From NCBI RefSeq assembly GCF_964194155.1, contig NC_135880.1:118606001-118670000 (forward strand): DNA of 64,000 bases. The letters are read 5' to 3'. This document shows positions 60,566 through 64,000 of this stretch, piece after piece. Origin of the DNA: Cetorhinus maximus. Taxonomy: Eukaryota. The notes under the pieces were generated by a model. That model was given only the letters and a program-made list of their open reading frames with translations. It made no database searches and was not told the origin of the DNA. A program made the translations under genes and the position numbers. The first letter of the stretch is position 1; every line of letters begins with the position of its first letter.

Positions 60566-62722
60566 GTGGCCAACAGAAGGGCTCCCCAGAGCGCTGCTGG
60601 AGAGCAGACCAGGCAGGAGGGTAGGGCAGCGGGGCAGTGCGCCCCTTGGTTTTCTGATGAGCGCCTAGTTACATTCCTGGAGGAGGTGGCAGCATGGTGG
60701 GAGGTCCTCTTTCTGAAGGACAGGATGAAGAGGCCCCCTCACCTGACCAAATGTGCCTGGGAGGAGGTGGCAGAGATAGTCAGCTCCCATGACGTGGTGT
60801 GATGCACGTTGGTCCAGTGCCGCAAGCAAGTCAATGGCCTCTTGCGCTTGGGAAGGGTGAGTGCCATGTTGGCAGACATCACTTAACACAGCGGGTAGGC
60901 TTCCCCCCCAGCAGCACCCCCCCAACTCTGAGTGCAGTTACAGTATTAAATCCTTCACGGCAAGTTTCTCTCGTTGGGTGGGCCAGCAAATATTGCCCAT
61001 GCCTAGTTCACCATGAGAGGGTAGTGCTGAGATGGGTTCTGCACCAGCAGCATGTGGTAGACTGACACCCAGCGTACTGTTTTGGGGGCTACCTCAAGGA
61101 TCTGCACCTAGGGGCAGTGCTGGAGCTGTAAAACATGTCAAAGTCAGGCTGCTGACATGCTGGGAGGGGAGCTTCCAGGTGGCGGGGCACCCATCCATCT
61201 GCTGGCCTTGGCATTCCATGTGCTTGTGCGTCCTTGCTTTGCAAGGTTAGACTGTGTGGTGCCAAATGTGATGGAGGCAGCATGTGGGCAAGGGGGGGTG
61301 GGTCAGCCCTGGCTTCTTGGTGTGAGTGTGCGGCAGCTGCAGGGTGACACAGCACTGGAGCCCTGCAATGTCCCATTCTGGCTGGGGTGGCAAGGATGTG
61401 ATGGGAATCCAGATACAGGGTGGACCAATCAATGTTCCTCTCTTCTTTTCAGGAGATGGTTGCACACAATGCCGCCGAGCAGATGTGGACTGGCGGATGC
61501 CAGGCCCAGTTGGCCATCAATAGGTATGGGCAGGAAGCGATGGATCTGGGGAGGCACCATGCGCCCAGGTCCACCAGTGGCAGTGAGGCTGGGGTGCCAC
61601 AGGGAGGTAAGATTGCTGAGCACTGAGGTCACCATGTGTCCCCCTGCAGCCATGGCACTGCTGAATACTCAGTGATTGAAGTTAGCAACATGGGTTGACC
61701 ATTGATTATGGAAGGATGAGTGCATACTGATCCGGAGGACAATGTCTCCACTTTAATTAATCAAGTGTCCTTATTCTTCCATTTAGCATCATCGGAGCAG
61801 GGCCATGAGGAGGAGGCAGAGGGGCCACCTCTGACATCTGAGGGTCCTGAACAAATGGACTCACCAGCGTCACACCATCTCTGCCAGACAGGCACCAGTG
61901 CAAATACTGGCACCGGTGGGAATTAGATCGTCGGCTAGTGTCCCTGGGCACAGCAGTGAGGGAGTGGGCGGAGATAAAGAGTGCCCATGGCGCCGCCAGC
62001 TGGGGACCAGGCACATGCTCGGTCGGTTGCCAATGATGTGCCTCTGGAGTCATCCGTGAGGCAGCAGATGCTGGAAGTGCAGCAGGGTATGCAGAAGGAA
62101 CTGGTGGAGATACATGAGGCAATGCGTGGCATGGTGCCTGTGCTGGAGGAGTCCATGCGGAGTATCACCGATGCAAAGAGCCTCATGGCCGGCACCATGC
62201 ATCCTCCATGGAGAGAATGGCGACTCTTGTGGAGAAGCTCCTCCAGGAGAACAATCAGGGCCTATTGGGGTTGCCCTCGAACCTGCAAGCCCTCACAGCA
62301 GCATTGACCTCAGCTGGTCAGTGCCAGTGTGGGTAATGGATTGGGCACCAAGCATCACAGCTCAGTGCCCATCCATTAATGGTGAGCAGGGAGGTCCGAA
62401 GTGATCCCACGTCGGCACACGAGCAGCTGTCGTCCCTGCGGGCTCCTCTCAAGGCGCTCCGGATGAGGGCAGCAGCTCCTCTGCCCCTCTGCCAGTGATC
62501 GTGGGATTCTATGAGGCTGCAGTGACTGGGGAGGTGCCAACCGTGGAACTGGCTGCTCCCTCCCAGGCAGGGCCATCAAAGGCTCCACGGGCCAGAGGAT
62601 GCACGCCAAGGTCATCGAGGCTAACAGAACAGCAGAGTGAGCAGGCTGTCTCAGGTGCCAGTGCCAGTGAGGGGGGAGCACCTAGACGTAGCACCCGGAA
62701 ACGTAAACTTAAGGAACCTTAG
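60566..62722 (+). pseudogene. Harbinger Myb/SANT gene, three exons (60566-60856, 61453-61606, 61787-62722), disrupted
   Basis: APWFSDERLVTFLEEV...AWEEVAEIVSS..V*CTLVQCRKQVNGL; donors gtgagt and gtaaga; acceptors ttttcag and catttag; C-terminal PRRSTRKRKLKEP (NLS-like). Start codon is GTG and there are internal stops. Confidence 0.88.
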
Positions 62723-63047
62723 GCACACCACGGGTTTCTCACTGGTGGTTTTATGTTGCCCGCTATGAGTTGATGACAAGTTGGTGTGATGCTGAACACC
62801 TTTGCATTCATTTTATTTTCTGCTTCATTTTGTTAATTCATTAAATTTTGATATGTGAGCATGGCTCAGCAGGATTCCTTACTTCTGCAGGTGGATGGGA
62901 ACCCATGATGTAATGAGTGAGCAGTTTCTCATTGAGCTTTATTGACAAGGCACATAGTTAATGTTCCTAACCAGGCAGATTTTGCTGTCAGCTACAGAGT
63001 ATGGAGCCTGCAGCACAGACTTGTGTTGGAGGTCCATTTGTGGTGGG

Positions 63048-64000
63048 CTAGCTGAAGGTTCATTGGATTAAAGCCTCCCGGGTGTCCCTGCCTCCCTAGA
63101 GGTTGCCCAGGTTGCCGTCTATCCCCTGAGCATTCCCGTGTGTGTGCTCATCCTTGCACTCACTGCTGGACTCATCGTGTGCAGCCGGAGCAACTGCATC
63201 TACGTCTTCTTCCTCCACTGCATCGCCCCTTTCCAGTGCCAGATTGTGGGGAGCGCAGCATGCAACCACTACCAGCGATCTGGGGGGTACTGGAGTGCGC
63301 CCCCTGAACGGTCCAGGCATCAGAAGTGCATCTGAGAAGACCGATGGTTCTCTCTACTACAGCCCTTGCGGAGGCGTGGCTCCAATTGTACCGCTGCTCA
63401 GCCTCTGTTCTTGGATGGCGGAGAGGCACCATGAGCCACCTTCTGAGGGGATAGCCCTTGTCATCCAGCAGCCCTCCATCCAGCCGGGCTGGAGCACTGA
63501 AGAGCCCCGGCATCTGGGAGTGTCTGAGGATGTAAGTGTCCTGGGAGCTGCCTGTGTTCCTTGCACAGACTTGCAGAATCAGCATCCTGTGATCACACAC
63601 TATCTGCACGTTCATGGAGTGGAAGCCCTTCCTGTTGACGAAGGCACCGGGCTCACCCGCTGGCACCTTGATGGCCACATGTGTGCAGTCGATTGCACCC
63701 TGGACGTGGGGGAAACCAGCAATGGCCGCGAAGCCTCTGGCTCACTCTGTCTGGCTGGCCTCGTCGCAGTGGTAGTGAATGAAAGTCAATGCACACCTGA
63801 ACAAAGCGTCTGTTACCTGATTGACATAAGTGTGGACAGCTGACTGGGAGACTCTGCAAAGAACACCCACCGGCCCCTGGAAAGAGCCAGAGGCATCGAA
63901 GTAGAGGGCAGCCATAACCTTCAATGCCCTTGGCATGGGGTGCCCACCCACACAGTTGGCGCAGATCTCAGGGTCTATCATCTGACAAATGGATGTCACT
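63048..64000 (-). pseudogene. Harbinger DDE transposase (HARBI1-like), disrupted, 5' end outside the window
   Basis: LKVMAALYFDASGSFQ, GFPHVQGAIDCTHVAIK, FVNRKGFHSMNVQIVCD, DKGYPL, RAVVERTIGLL, CCAPHNL. Confidence 0.93.

Larger units (their letters stand above)
60316..64000. mobile_element. PIF/Harbinger transposon (continues past the window end) inserted in the Gypsy element
   Basis: AAT|GGGGAGAATTTTC terminus, Myb/SANT gene on +, transposase on -. Confidence 0.9.

Noticed and set aside
63142-63843. 233-aa plus-strand ORF
   Set aside because: Antisense shadow of the GC-rich Harbinger transposase.

Overview
Eukaryotic, repeat-dominated vertebrate DNA, most likely a shark or other elasmobranch (inferred from the CR1/L2/SINE/Penelope/Harbinger repertoire, not from a database search). 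The only host coding sequence I can support is one 154-bp minus-strand exon (47295-47448) of an ADAMTS protease that reads as ADAMTS19 (end of spacer plus start of a TSP1 repeat), so the window is probably giant intronic sequence. Most of the rest is decayed mobile DNA, often nested: CR1-group and L2 LINEs, tRNA-derived SINEs, Gypsy LTR fragments and a solo LTR, a faint hAT transposase relic, and many PIF/Harbinger elements. These include two-gene relics with a DDE transposase and a three-exon Myb/SANT gene, plus MITEs. The most unusual structure is a TSD-flanked 236-bp insertion forming a perfect 103-bp-arm palindrome with a minimal hammerhead-ribozyme motif in each arm (Penelope-like), with two older relatives elsewhere in the window. 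Most ORFs in the track are TE fragments or noise. All family names come from motif recognition by eye.
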